Below, one piece after another: positions 24,552 to 38,621 of a stretch of 59,029 bases of DNA (within the stretch, counting starts at the first letter, position 1; every line of letters starts with the position of its first letter). The notes below the pieces were generated by a model. It saw only the letters and a program-made list of their open reading frames with translations. It did not search any database and was not told where the DNA came from. This stretch comes from Trichosphaerium sp. ATCC 40318 (taxonomy: Eukaryota > Protista > Tubulinea). The translations under genes were made by a program, and so were the position numbers. The DNA lies in NCBI GenBank assembly GCA_038496445.1, contig JALMLS010000501.1:1-59029 (forward strand), in the 5' to 3' direction.

Positions 24552-27500
24552 ATGTCGTACATAAACTGAATTTTACCCGATATAGTCTCTTAATAGCGTC
24601 ATAATATCGTTACAACGCTTCGTATTTAGCGACATATGGCTGTTTCACTAACGCTGTATTTAGTAGCGGCATTGTTTAGACAGACATCACGAACTTTGAA
24701 TCTAAGTGGCGGGGAGTACAACGAATCGCAAAGCAAAACTACTTTCGCTGATGACACTCTCGAAACACTCATTTTAAGGTATCAATAAACAACATAAAAA
24801 AAAATACTATTTTCTTGAAGCTAACACGTGTAACAAAGCGATAATTTCCTTAGTTCTGTTCCCTCCGATATAGGTAAACAAAAAAAAGACTTCTTACCAT
24901 CTTTCTTTCGTTCTAAACCGCTACCGTTTAGTGAAACTGACAAACCTTGTTGAGCTATTTATCGATAACAACACAATAAAAGTAAGTCAATGACTAACTC
25001 AGGGCTAAGATTATTCTTTGTTTAACCCTCACTTAAAAGGACCTCCCAGACGATATGTACAAACTTGAAAACCTCACCACGCTCCGCGCTCAATCAAACA
25101 AGTTATCAAACTGTCCTGAGTGTGTCTTTAACCTCACTTCATTGCGTGGTATCTTCATGCAAAACAACACTCTACATAGCGTACCAGATTCAATTTCTAA
25201 ACTACAGAACTTGGAAACACTTCACCTTGGTTGGAACAAAGTAAGCTGGGTATCACACGGTCTATTCAAGTGTAAGAACCTATCAAAACTATACATGAAC
25301 CACAACGTTATAACCGGTTCATTTCCAATACAAGTCGGGAACCTTTTGAACTTGAGGATACTGAACCTCAAAAACAATGGGATCGAATCCCTTCCTGATG
25401 CCATAGGCCGTTTAAGTAACCTAGAGGTTCTAAGATTAGCCAACAATAAACTAGAATACCTACCAAACGTCTTACAAGGATTAACATCCTTAAAGACATT
25501 AGAGCTAAGCGGGAACTCAATAGCTACTCTATCAGATGATATTGGGTGCTTAGTTCGTCTTCAGACTCTTTCATTGGATGATAACTTGATATACGAACTA
25601 CCTTCTACACTTGGATCATTGGTTAGTCTAACACGTGTTAATCTATCGAGGAACAAACTTATGAGCTTACCATCAAGCTTCTATTCTCTGAAGAAGATCA
25701 AAACATTAAAACTAGCTTCAAATTTTATAAGACAGTTCAGCCACCATGCATGCGATTGGCAGAATCTTGAGTACTTGGACTTATCAGATAATAAGCTTCA
25801 AACTCTACCATGTGGTTTAGCTAGTATGAAGGCAACGATATTATTAGATAAGAACCCACTTGAGACAATTCCACCAGATATAACAGCACGTGGTTCAAAG
25901 AGTATTCTTCAATTTCTTTCACAACTAGAAGAGAAAGCGCCTTGGCGCAGAATGAAGCTAATGGTACGTATTGAGAAGAACATTCTTGATTGCTCTATTG
26001 GCAAGCTAAGCCTTTTTTTAGTTTGTCGGTGAGGAGGCGGTTGGTAAGACTTCTCTTAGAATCGCATTGAGTTCTATGGGCGCAAGAGAAAGGAGTATAT
26101 CAACTTTAAAGAAATCACAACGCTCTTCAGCACCTGTAGCTACAGTATGTTTTTTGTTTTACTTCCCCTTCAGTATTAAAAGTACCTAGGATGGTATTGA
26201 TATTACAGAGTGGTCTCGCCAACCATTAGACGGTTCAGATGAAACGTCACTAATTTTTTCATGTTGGGTACCATGCAATCAAGAAAAAAATCGAAAGGAA
26301 AGTATTAGTTCTTAACACTTTCTAGGATTTTGCTGGTCAGGAAGTATACTACCCAACACATCAAGTACGCTATTCTATTATGGTTTTTTTTACTAAATAC
26401 ATGCCTAGTTTTGTACGTATGCCGCATAGATGAAAGAACCAGTCTCCTTTTTTTTTTTTTTCATCAGCTCTAATTACTTGTTCAAGTTCTCACAACTCAA
26501 TGTATATACATCATGTGCTTCAACCTCGTTGCTGAGAACCCAATACCACGTCTTGAGTACTGGCTCAAGACAATAAAACGCCACGCGCCCAAGGCGAACT
26601 GTCTTATTGTTGGAACACACATGGACGATAAGGGATGTCATAAGAAGCATTTACAAAGTGAGTGTTTTGTTCTATGTTGTATTTACCATACTTACAAGTA
26701 TGTTTAAGTGATACTCGATAAGATTAAGAAGCTTCAAAGGAAATACAATACCATTAAGGACATTATTCCATTGAGTTCAAAAACGCTAAAAGGAGTTGAT
26801 ATCTTAGAGCAAAAGATCGTTGACATAGCAATGAATCAACCCTCTATAAAGGTGAATTTAGAATAGAGAGTAAACTCTAAACACAATATGGTTTTCTAAC
26901 GGTTTATTAAAAAGGCGCACGTGCCCAGAAGTTATATTTTCTTGGAGGGTAAAATAAAAACGCTCCGCCATCAGAAACAGATGATCCCTGTCTCAGATTT
27001 CAAGTATATTTTGCGCCTGCTACTATTCTTTGTGTTAAACTTATGTTGGTACTTAGGGCACTAGCAAGGGCATGTGGTATCTCTTCGAATGAAGCTATTG
27101 AAGTTGCAATGACATTCATGAGCGATGTCGGAATGATCATCCATTTTAATTATGCTGCAAGTGCATTAAAGGATATTGTAGTACTGAACCCACAATGGGT
27201 TGCAGACCTGTAAGTGACCGAACCCAGGGTTTTTTTCTTAATCATCTAATCCTCCGCAGTATGTCTTCTATTGTTACAATGAGGTTCGCTTATGGAAAGT
27301 CGTCAGCACTATCTAGAGGTACAAAAAAGATTTCATGAGAAAAAAATAAGAAATAAATCTCGGTGCCAGCAAAGGCTAACTTGGGGGTTTTTTAAGGCAT
27401 ACTTGAGGAGAAAGATTTATCTTTTATTTGGCATAATTATCCTGAAGATTTATACAGAGGGCTATTAAAATTACTCGAAAAGTTTGAGATTGCTTTCCAA

Positions 27501-30177
27501 GTAATGGACAGAGGTTCTACAAGTTTAAGATATATAGTACCTTGCCTCCTTCCAGAAAAACCTGATGAAAAGAAGTTAAGCGAACACTGGGGCGTATGGG
27601 ATCCAGATAGTTATGTACGCACTTACAAAAAAAAAACATTTTTAAAGAACTGCAATTGCATTCAAAGTTTTTTTTTGAAGTACCAAAGTTGACCGTCAAA
27701 CTATGCGTGTGCTACGCATACATAACTAATTTGTAACAACAAAAATATCAAGTACTGATTTGAGGATATTTCTTTAACATATATGTTGTAGAAGGATAGT
27801 TGTGGTCGTATTTATGATATAGGATTTTTACCTTTGGGATTTTTTTCAAGATACTTCATACGCGCATATCATATCCCTCATCTCAAACCTGTATATTATT
27901 GGAAATATGGTATGGTAGCTAAACTAGGACAACAACGTGCTCTTATAACTTATGGTACAATATCATATACGTGAGAAAAAGCTAACCACAGACTAGATCC
28001 AACGAATTTTGAGGTGTCATTTAGTGTCAGGTCAATAAATGGTATATAACATTGCACGTGTTTTAGGTATTTGTTTAACAAATACAACTAGATCCAATAT
28101 CAGATATGAGCGCAATAGCAGGTCGTTTACTTCGATATTTATCGAATAGCGTTGAAATTGTGCTAAGAGGTACGAATACAATTGCAGAGTAAACCATCAA
28201 CAAACAGATATGGGTTTTTCTCGATTTGCTTCATTCAGAGTGTTCTATGAAAATGTTTATCTCCATGTGTAGGTTGGTATAAAACAACAGCATCACAAAT
28301 ATGGATAACTTGCAATTGTATTGCTTGTCGTGATACCCAACCCACATTGTACAGTTACGAACAAGTAATGAACTCAATACAGAAATCTGAATACCTGTCA
28401 TGCATTGTACGTATTTGAACTGCACCCCAAAATGTTGTCGTGCCCTACCCCTCTCTTACACGAGATACACCTTTTACCTTTCATCATAACTCACAATCAC
28501 ATTTTGAGTGCCTAACACAACGCACATGAATGACTTTTTACCTAACTTAATTCCTCATAGAAAGATGAAGTAAAAACTGTTGTTTCACCAGAAGACGTTG
28601 CTCCAGATATTGCACTAAAAGACTTGCAACAGTTTGCAATACCATGTGATAATATAGTGATTGGTGATCAAATAGGAAGAGGTGGATCAGGCATTGTATA
28701 CACTGCGACATACAAAGAACAAACAGTTGCTGTCAAAGTCTTAAGTGAACAAAACGATGATACTGCATTATATAGAGAGCTTCAATATGAAGCTTACATC
28801 ATGTGGTAAGTTTCTTACTTCTACTCAACTCTCTCACGGCTTTGATTAACTTTCTATCTCGTAGTCAACTTAAACATAAAAATCTCGTTGGTACGTTTGT
28901 TTATTGAGCTGTAGAAAAATAACTTAGGTTTGATTGTATCTTTCTTACTTTATCGAAGAGTTTCTTGGTTTATGTAGTAAGCCTTCGTTGAGTGTTGTTA
29001 TGGAATACTGCGAACTAGGAAGTCTTGCAGATTATTTGACTGAAGAGAGTGATAAGTTCAGATGGCGGTACAGAGTCAAGGTATGAAATCAATTAATTAA
29101 ACTAGAAACAATTCCACTTCTTCAATGTCACACGTTTCTTAAAAAAACCTAGGGCGCCATGGATATTGCCGAAGGTATGAAGTATCTACACAAGCAAGAT
29201 TACATACACAGAGACTTAAGATCACCCAACATATTGGTAAACACTAAAAACGAAACAAAAAAAACACGTGTTATTTCTAATTTCATAAAAAAAGGTTGTT
29301 AGCTTGAATCACAGGGATACACTACGGTTAAAAGTTACAGATTTTGTACGTATTTGAACTACACGTGTGTTTTTTCTTCTCTTTGACTTTTGATTCAGGG
29401 TACCATTGTTCGCTATGCATCTTATGTACAATATGGAGATTTCAATCCTAGATGGGCGGCACCAGGTTAGTTGTGTTATTTCTTGTAGTTCTATCTGACA
29501 CACGTGCTACTGAACTATATGTATTGATTTGTATATGTCTACTACGGAGTAGCGGTTGATCTTTAGTTCAGCAATGTTGGACTGAGAAAAGTCATATTTT
29601 ACTTTTTTTTTTTTGACTGTTGATTGTAAGTGAGTTGATTGTTTATGTAGAAATTTTACGGCAAGAAAAATATACACAGTCAGTAGATGTGTATTCTTTT
29701 GGTGTTGTTGCGTGGGAGATGCTGCAGATAGGTTTTCCTTATGCCGAGTACAAGGAGTTTGATGGAACATCAAGGTTGGATTTTGAAGAGGCTATAATAA
29801 ATGGTTTAAGACCAACAATACCATTACCCGCTCCAAAGAAATATAAAGAACTAATCAAATGGTACAGCAACTAATCATCTATTTCAACTTTTTTACAAAA
29901 GACATCAATCCAACTTGTCAACACAAAAGCACCTTTGGTTTAAACCAAAGAATCGAAGAATCTCAATCTTGTTGATTCTTGATTGTTACTCATTTTGTTG
30001 TTTTTTTAAAAGTGGCTCATGTTTCTTAGGTGCTGGTCGGATGAAGCTGTAAATAGACCAACTTTTGACCAAGTTATATCATACTTGAAGGCATGGACAT
30101 CGAAGAAACTCAGAGACACAAGCCCTTCTACACGTTCACTGCGACCTTCAAAACGACATCTTGACCACTCTGCATAA
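24552..30177 (+). CDS. Roco family protein kinase (LRR-ROC-COR-TKL kinase; LRRK/Pats1-like)
   Basis: LRR exon 25055-25963. ROC motifs KLMFVGEEAVGKTSL, TDGIDI, WDFAGQEVYYPTHQFFL and IVGTH. COR motif LNPQWVAD. Kinase motifs IGRGGSG, VAVK, HRDLRSPN, DFG, NPRWAAPE and DVYSFG. Start codon uncertain. Confidence 0.93.
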
Positions 30178-30354
30178 GAAAAAAATATAATAACCCAAGA
30201 ACAATGTGATGTATGTAACAACAAAATAGTTTAATAATAGAGATACAAGATGAGACCGTCGCATCGGGTCATCAACAAAAAAAAAAAGAAATGAAAAAAA
30301 ATTATCCTACATGGTTTCCTTTTCTTTCTGAGGTGTCACGTGTCTTAAACTACC

Positions 30355-32347
30355 TCACTCCGTGTCAGAACAGTATACATTATATGTGTGGTTTGGTTTA
30401 AGGTTAAGATAACTGCGCCATGCTAATCTTAGTCTATGCATATTGACGTGTTTTGCTATTATCTTCTCTGCTGTTTGTTGTGTTACATTTGATTGGAACA
30501 CCCATACTTTGTTATGAACCTCCTCTAGCTTTTCTTTACTTGTTATTGCCAATTTTGTTCTTATTTTTATTATATCTAGAGGGTCACTAGCATCAGATGC
30601 AACAAACCATCGGCCTAGGACATAGGGATGAGTAAAAAAAGAAACGCAATAAACTTAAAAATACGTTTTATTTTTAGCAACATTCACGTGTATCTATATA
30701 GGCAATACGTTTTAAAACAAAATGAAATGCACTATTAAAAATACAGATATGTTGTCATATAACGAAAGAACTTGAAAATAAATCATCGAGTTCTTGGCGT
30801 TTGAAGAGAGGAAAGAAGAAAAAATTCTCTTCACGAATAAAAAAAAAAAAAGATAAATTCTCCTCACTCACCTGCTTTTTTTACTTCTCTCATCTCTTCC
30901 ACTGTAAGTTCTAATAGCTTTGCTTGTGTTGGTTCAATAATAAGTGATATTAATCTTTCCATTCCTTGTATTTTAAGTCCTTGTTCTTTCAATCTTTTAT
31001 CCTGACGTTTTATTTGTTTTTCTTGCTCCTTTAACTTCTCCTCCTGACTATTCAGTCTATGAAGTATATTCCTATTCGCTGTACAATACGTACATTTCTT
31101 CTCATGGACCTAAACACAACATATAAATCCAAAGAACCCGAAAAAAAACCATCCAACTCAGCGACCCGAAGATGAAAAACATTTTGAGTTTTTTTTTGTA
31201 GTTTCGTCTGTTTTCGGGGATTTTTTTTGTGTCTTCGATTTGTTTATACTGCTTGTTTTCTACGTACTCGCAACGTTTTTCGTGGCCCAACGTATTCACA
31301 ACCAAAAATACTTCCTCTACATGTCTGATGAGACTCAGGGCATTCTTTTAGGTGCCGAGATAATCTTGAGCGTGTAATACTACCACTACCGCATCCTTGT
31401 GGACAAGGGATTAAACATTCATGCTTTCTGTGATGCTCCAATTTACGCCTATCAGTTTTTTTAAAACAAGTCTAAGAGCGCGAAGTGATTGCCATTTCTT
31501 TCAGTCCCGTAACCGCGATTTCATTACATACAAGTATTGTACAAAAGAAAGAAAACAAACAAGTTATAAATGATGACTCTTCGAACAAAAAAAATAGAGC
31601 TAAAACTTGAAGTGTTTGGATAAAGAGAGAAACATAAATGTGTAAGAAAACGTAACAAAAAAAGATCACGTCATGATGAACGATATTTGGAGAATAAAAA
31701 AACAAACAAAAAGTAAAGATAAAGCGTGCAATGAAGTGGACTACGCGACCTACTTGACATCACGTGAAAAAAACGTGCTTTGAAAAAAAAAATCCCTTCG
31801 TTTCTCTTACCTCTTCATTTCCTTGTTACAGTCACCACATCGCACTACCAATCTATTCAATAGATTTGTTACGAGTTTTGGACTTGAACCAAGACCTAAA
31901 AAGAAAATTAGGACACACTTTTCCCCATCATCATTTTAAACCGCATAAAAATAAAACCAAATAGCACGTGTGTCCAAGCGGCAAAAAGTAAATTTCCCAA
32001 ACAACAACAAAAAAAAAAATTCTTGGTGTACTCAACTCCTGAAGCGTTCACGCCACTACTAAGATTAGCACCACACTTAGGACACTTGCTAAAATCATGT
32101 ATACATGCTGTACAGAATGTTTGACCACAATCCGGGGCGTAGTGCCTTAAATTTTGTCAAATTAAACTCAAAATGGTATTATTTGACAAAATAATATAAT
32201 AACATACGTAATAGGTGCATCGAAAGGTCTCTGACAAATGCTACATAAAAACTCTTTGTCTACATCCGAAACGTAGTCAACCTTTTGTAATGATGTCGAT
32301 TCGTGAATACTAAGTGTGCTTGTTGTTGTATCTGCTGACAGCTCCAT
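30355..32347 (-). CDS. RING finger + TRAF-type zinc finger + coiled-coil protein (probable E3 ligase)
   Basis: FLCSICQRPF..CGQTFCTACI..CPKC; LLNRLVVRC; HECLIPCPQGCG..HLKECP..CRGSIFGCEY; then a coiled coil. Confidence 0.85.
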
Positions 32348-33092
32348 CTTGCTTTGATTAGCAGATAAAAAAAGGCAAAGGTTAAGTGATGGGTAACTGA
32401 TTTAAAAAGTCATGACGTTATCGGTTAATTACAAGCGCTGTGACAACGTTTTTTTCTAAAACAGGTACACACAACCTGGCGTACGACTTGTCTCATCTCA
32501 TTCTGCAGATATTACATAACAGAACACGGAAATTTCTGAAAGAGAAACGTGATTGTTATTTCACCTTTCAAAAGTAGTACAACAAAGTACAAGAAATAAA
32601 ACACCGTTTTGTTGATGACATAATAACAAAAAAAAAAGAAGTTCCGTTACTGGCAACAACCTGTTTTTAGCGTCAAACACAAAATAAAATACCTTGCTAA
32701 ATTTAATCACGAACTACATATCTATCCATAACAACATGACCAATAAAAAGAAAAATGACAACGAAAGTGTATTGTAGCTATTTACCAACAATTTAAATTG
32801 ACGTTTATCAAAAAAGATACAAGCAAAACAGCTGGAACGCACGCTCATCAAAACAGATAGATCCTTCCTCACTTTGAAGTAGAAAAAAAATTGTTTTAAT
32901 TAATACCAAATGACACTGTTTCTAATCAAGTACAGTAAATTATATTATATCGTACATTGGTAAATCAATAAACAACTACGTTTTGGAATTTCTTTCCTTC
33001 TTGGAGCATCAAACGCCAAAGTTTTCGTTGGTGACTGTTTCAAACTGTCAGAACGCAATTAACACCAAAACCACTTCTAAAGAATGTCTCCT

Positions 33093-34688
33093 TTAGTAAT
33101 AGGTATAAGTAGTAGAGGTAGGTTGTTGAACAATAGTAGTAGTCCCATATTGAACAGCCGGCTGAACGAATACTTGAGGCTGGTTGCTTATATACGTAGT
33201 GGTAGTCACAGCTGGAGCAGCATATACTGGCGGTGGCATACCGGCTTGTACTATGCGTTGAGTATGTACAACAGGTTGTTGTTGGTACACTGGTGCCGGT
33301 TGTTGATAAACTACCTGTTGTTGAGGCTGTTGTTGGTACACTTGTGTCGCCATTGGTTGCTGTTGAACTATTTGTTGTTGTTGTGGAGCGTACTGTTGCT
33401 GTTGTTGTTGAGGTGGATAATATTGTTGTTGCTGTTGTGGAGGAGGTTGGTTATATTGTTGTTGCTGAGGAGGTGGCGCTTGTTGTTGTTGTGGGGCTTG
33501 CTGCATTTGTCGTTGCTGCTGTGGTTGTTGTTGAGGCTCAGGTGGAGCTACAATACCAGTAAGAGAGCTAACCACTTCGTGACAATATGGACACCGAACA
33601 ACAGGACCTATAACAAGAGTCATTACGATGTTTTGTGAAAAATAAATAAAGAAATAAAACATTGAAGAAATCTAAATAATTTCTTTTCTCTTTCTTGTTT
33701 CATTCGTACCTGTGCCTGGATCTACTTCAATTTCATTACTGCATTTACCACATTTGATTACTCCTTCCTAAATACGACAGTCAATAATAAGTTCATATAA
33801 CGACAGCAGTTTCATGTGAAAAAAAAAAAAATACCTCGAGTTGTTCCGGCGCAACATACTCTACAAGAGCACCATCACCAGAACCCTGTCCGCCTGTGTT
33901 TCCAGAAGCATTCTGGTTTTGAGCAGGCTTCTTCTTGCCCCTACAAGGTATTAGGATATGAAATTATGAAGAAATTTTTTGCACAAGGACTGACTGACAC
34001 GCAAAAAGTGTTTCGTACCCTTTACCGTATTTTAACTTTGCAGCCTCTGACGCGTCTTGAATACCCTAATCGTATTTAGCAAGCCTATAATAAAGAAAGT
34101 CGGGGATGAAGTTTAAAACCCAAACGATCAAAATGCGTTGTTAACGATTTATAGCGTTATGAGGGGTTGTAATTTAGTTGTTAGACGTATTCGTACCTGA
34201 TACCACTCATCAGTCTTGCCAGCAGGATTGTTACTTCCTAAAAATGAAATTAACACCGAAACAGCGCTCAATAGGGCAAGAGCTAGTACCATCGTATGTT
34301 ATTTTCATCTCCTTTCCGCCATAACTGCCAACAACCAATGTATAAGGGTCGTGTCTACGAATGTATAATTGATCTACGGGTATTGTCCCTTTGCGTTTGG
34401 TGCGCTGTAAAACATTAGGTTGCGTTAAATATAAAAACCCGGACTATGACGTTAAACTAAGGACCGCATTCATGTATTGGTTCCGGGTTTAGCCGTGGTA
34501 GAAGTGGAAATTCGTTATTTGTTTTGAATACGCACTGGTGCTGTGTAATAGTCCAAATAGCGCTCTGTGAGACAAAACCAACGGCGCTTAGCCTTTTTTC
34601 CAAGCGGCTTTTTTAACTTTTTGCCCTTTGCACTGTGTTTCTTGAACCAGCCTTCAAGTATAATTTCATCTACTTCATAAGATGCCAT
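33093..34688 (-). CDS. PH-domain protein with a CxxC..CxxC zinc ribbon and a Gln/Pro-rich tail
   Basis: ILEGWFKKH..KRRWFCLTERYLDYY..RKGTIPV..TDEWYQGI (PH); KCGKC..RCPYC; polyQ exon 33093-33607. Confidence 0.85.
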
Positions 34689-37155
34689 CGTAAATCGGTT
34701 TTATTGTGAGTGAAAATTCCATTGTTGGACTAAAGGTCGCAGCTATTCAACTCTCCCATTTGTAAACGCGACTATGCCGTCATGACAACGACGAGCTTGA
34801 GAAATAATATTCTAAAGCTACAAACGCTGCGAGTTTTACACTAATGGGGCCGTTGTCGTTCCAGACACGCTCAAGGCATTATTGGTGGTAGGTTAGAACG
34901 GAAATACGCATACGCTAACTTGTGAGGCCATATTTCGAAATTAATTAAGACTCCATAATGTGGGCGCTTCTGAGATTGAAATAACTGCTCTTCTTCAACC
35001 AACTACATCGCGTTCTAGTTCTAGCACGTTAATTCAGGAGCTAAAAGCATGAAATAATTTTGACACATTGTGACACATGAAATCATTCAATGTCGCCTCA
35101 ATTGCCGTAGATTAGAACTCAGGCATACATGAGTTAACAATAATAATAATCTCAAACTCAAAACGAGACTTTAGAGCAATAACCACAAAAAAAACGGCGT
35201 TGGAATAAGCCTTAACAGGTTCGTGAATACTACATTCCTTAGGTGTTGAAGCTGAACTTCAGGGCTATTTTAGCGAAGAATTCATGTAGACGTTGCTACA
35301 AATAGAACCTATTTTGGTTTAAATTTACATTTACGGCATATCTTCAAAATTAGAAGGTAATCTATGCGCCACTCGCTTCTATATGGTGTTTGTTTTGCAA
35401 ACTTGGGCGAATTGGTTATTACGCATTGTTTCTCCACTTTCACAAATGTCACTAAAAACGGACTAGGCCTCCATCTGATGCACTAAAGAAGTAGCCGTGT
35501 AGTGGAGATTTTTTTTTAATTGTACCAAAACTTCGAATTAACTTTCGGAGGGTCACTTTTGAACAGGTATGTAACGCAGTCGGCTTTGTTGGTAGCTGCC
35601 ATTACGGTTCTGACTTTTTTTCATAGTTTGTTGCACTTTTCTTTTTTTAAAGCTAAACGAGTGTACAATACAAGTCTTTGCAGAAAACAACCACAGCGAA
35701 AACTTCAACGGTTAGCACTTTTCGGGTTCCGAAACAAATTCACAATAACGCGTTCAGTTACTGTGCCGCAAATAGACAAACTACGCTTGAGTAGCGCGTT
35801 TTGGAATTCAGCGATAAACGCAAGCCTATACAAATATACTGGTGATCCAATTAAAGCGATTCAACAAGAAACGACCAATACTTTCAAAGTACGCGTTTTT
35901 AATGTATATCAATACATTCTAAGGCATTAGCAGTTGTAGTGGTTAAATAAAGGAAATAAAAAAATACGAGCTTCAGCAATCTTTACGAAAGATCTTCACT
36001 ACTCGCCCCAACCGCGCTTATACGCATAGCGTGATTGCCAACGTTAAATTCTTCTGAGTACTATGCCGGCTGTAAGCAAAACTGCGCCGATTTTACTTCT
36101 TTTCAAGTAAGTGCAGTTAATATTATCGCGTGCTAATTATCTAAGTTTGTAGCCATCTTTCGATCGTTGGTGCCTCCAACTCGGGCCCGAATCCCGAGTC
36201 AAATACAGCTTATAGCGCCAAGTACTACACACAGTGACAATTATGCAAAGAAGACGCGCACAAACGGTAAAAGAGCTGTTATCGAAAAAAAAAAGTATGT
36301 AACTTATTTTGTCATTTTTACCTTTCAAGTAGAAATTGCAAGCTATTGAAACATAAATATTCATCGAATAACACTACAATTTACATTAAATCGCAACGTT
36401 TACACAATATTATAGTTTAGAAACTTATATTCTGTAGATACGAAATCATTGTTGAATCGTCATAAATAGGTTTAAAATACTAAATAGAATCAATTTCGTG
36501 GTTGTAAATTTCGTGACAACGGTTTAGAAACGCTATATCCGCCGTAACGACCTTTTATGGATTTTGTCGGGGCGGTGGCAAAAATTGTTGTTGGACTAAG
36601 AAAAACGGATATTTAGACAGAAAAGCCACCAAGACAAACTTGGTTGCCATTTAAGTGTCAAAAAGATGAATTGATTTTTTTCTTTTTTGACGTTCTATAT
36701 TGACAAAACGAGCCGGGAATGTAGGAAATGGTTCTACACGCGTAGGTCTAACGTAAGACAGAGTTTGATTTACTAAAACGCAAGACGCTGAAATAGCCCG
36801 TAAAATTAGTCCGGTGACGTTTATCAACATGGAGAAAAACAAGTTAAACTCTGCATTAGTAGCGTAGAGCACACACTTGCCGAAAAATGAAGGACTCGTT
36901 TTGGATTTTTTCGTATACTGAGCTTCTAATATCGGACATTTGCGGCTAAACAATTATTTTTGTTGCATACGCTTTACTCTACACAAAACACATAATGATG
37001 AAAGAAAATTACTCGTATTAAAGAACGGGGTTTAAAGCACAGAAGAAGACCGTGATGACTTCTTTCGAAAAAGGTTAAGTTGCGACTCCGCATAAATAAA
37101 CTTACGGATTTTTCAGTCCGAAACTTCTGAAATTATAAACTTATATTTTTACACC

Positions 37156-37860
37156 ATGAACAGCCACTCTTCCTGCCACAAATCACACACAAGAAAACCT
37201 ACAAACAGAATGAACCTTCCTACGCTACTTTCAGGCCGCGTCTGCAAAGCCAAAACCGACCCGAAAGCTACTCATCACTGTATGAACGATACAGCCAAGG
37301 ATAATCACCTAGCATCTCTCCTGGTGTCCCTCGGGCAAAAAGTTAGGCCTAACCTTGCGGCCGATACGCGAAGCCAAAAAAAATCTACCGCATCTTATTC
37401 TTCTTCTGCCATACCAAAGTGGTTTCCAAGACGCCTACCATCTTTCATAACGGTACTCCCTACGCACACCCCAAACGAAGCGCAAGTTCCTCCGGCTCTT
37501 CAACAACAGCTACCAACCTTTTTACGACGATCAAACTTCCCTTTTGGCGCACCTGCATCGTACAAAGAGTGTAATCAGCACGTTTCAGAATGTTATTGCC
37601 AACAACGTATTCGCGAACTACAAAAGGAACGTACCATCTTAAACAGTGTTTCTCTATCACAACGAAGCACGCGACCACAACAACGACAGCAACAACAACA
37701 AAGCGCTATGCACTCACAAATTAAACCAAAACTTGCCCACCCTACTTGGATACCTGGCAGTTTGATACTACCGCCTCTTAAGACATTCTCAATGGAACAC
37801 CCAGCCACAGTTCGCTTCGTCGATCAACGCATTCGGATGGTTAATACTACCGTATGTTAG
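37156..37860 (+). CDS. Intronless hypothetical protein, 234 aa, low complexity
   Basis: Long ATG-initiated ORF with higher GC than its flanks. No recognisable domain. Confidence 0.5.
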   Translation: MNSHSSCHKSHTRKPTNRMNLPTLLSGRVCKAKTDPKATHHCMNDTAKDNHLASLLVSLGQKVRPNLAADTRSQKKSTASYSSSAIPKWFPRRLPSFITVLPTHTPNEAQVPPALQQQLPTFLRRSNFPFGAPASYKECNQHVSECYCQQRIRELQKERTILNSVSLSQRSTRPQQRQQQQQSAMHSQIKPKLAHPTWIPGSLILPPLKTFSMEHPATVRFVDQRIRMVNTTVC

Positions 37861-38621
37861 GCGGAAAGAAACGTTTTAAAACAGCGTTCTTTCTTATTTT
37901 TTCGACATTTTCCCGAAACGTCCGACATTTACAAAAGAAGCACATCTTTGGCTCAGTAAACGCTTCTTGGCGAACGCTTTTGGACATGATCTACGTGTTC
38001 AAATCAAAGACACTTGTATAAAGAAGCCTACAACCAGCGACAATCGCATTTTGTTTTTCTTTTTTCGAAACCACCGGAAAAAAAAAACTTGTACAGATAC
38101 CCACAACTCCCACAATCACGTATACAAAAACTTGCACTCCCCCTCGCGATAAATTTCGCAAACCTGTCTATAAAATACAATATTCCTAAACCACTTTGTA
38201 CCAATAATTAAAAAGAAAACAACCACATGAAATAAAAGAATTAAAACCAAATAACAAAAAAAAACCGCGTAGTTGAGTCAATTCTTTCGAAATAATAAAA
38301 AAAAACTTTCCTCACGTCTCATTTTACCAAAAACAATAACAAAAACGCCAAAAGAAAATAAAGTCCAAATCTTCTCTAAAGTGTTTCCTGCTTGTTCACT
38401 CCTTTTTTCTTTTTGTGTGAATCAAATATTCGCTAAACTACAAAAGACAAATTGTTGTCGGTTTTTTATTTGGGGTTTTATTACACTTACGCTGTACGTT
38501 TGAATAAACTCGCGTTGTGACACCAAGTAGAATAAACTTGAGCCGAAAAAAAAGAATCGCCAATTCTAGCCATAATCGCTCTAAATTTCCGTTCTAGCGC
38601 CAGCTACTTCCCCAGTGCGCT

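Noticed and set aside
33084-33638. Leu- and Val-rich + strand ORFs (184 and 109 aa)
   Set aside because: Antisense shadows of the CAA-rich polyQ exon.
34750-36950. Possible small spliced genes, also at about 23640-24380
   Set aside because: I could not assemble a consistent exon chain or recognise a domain, so these were left unannotated.
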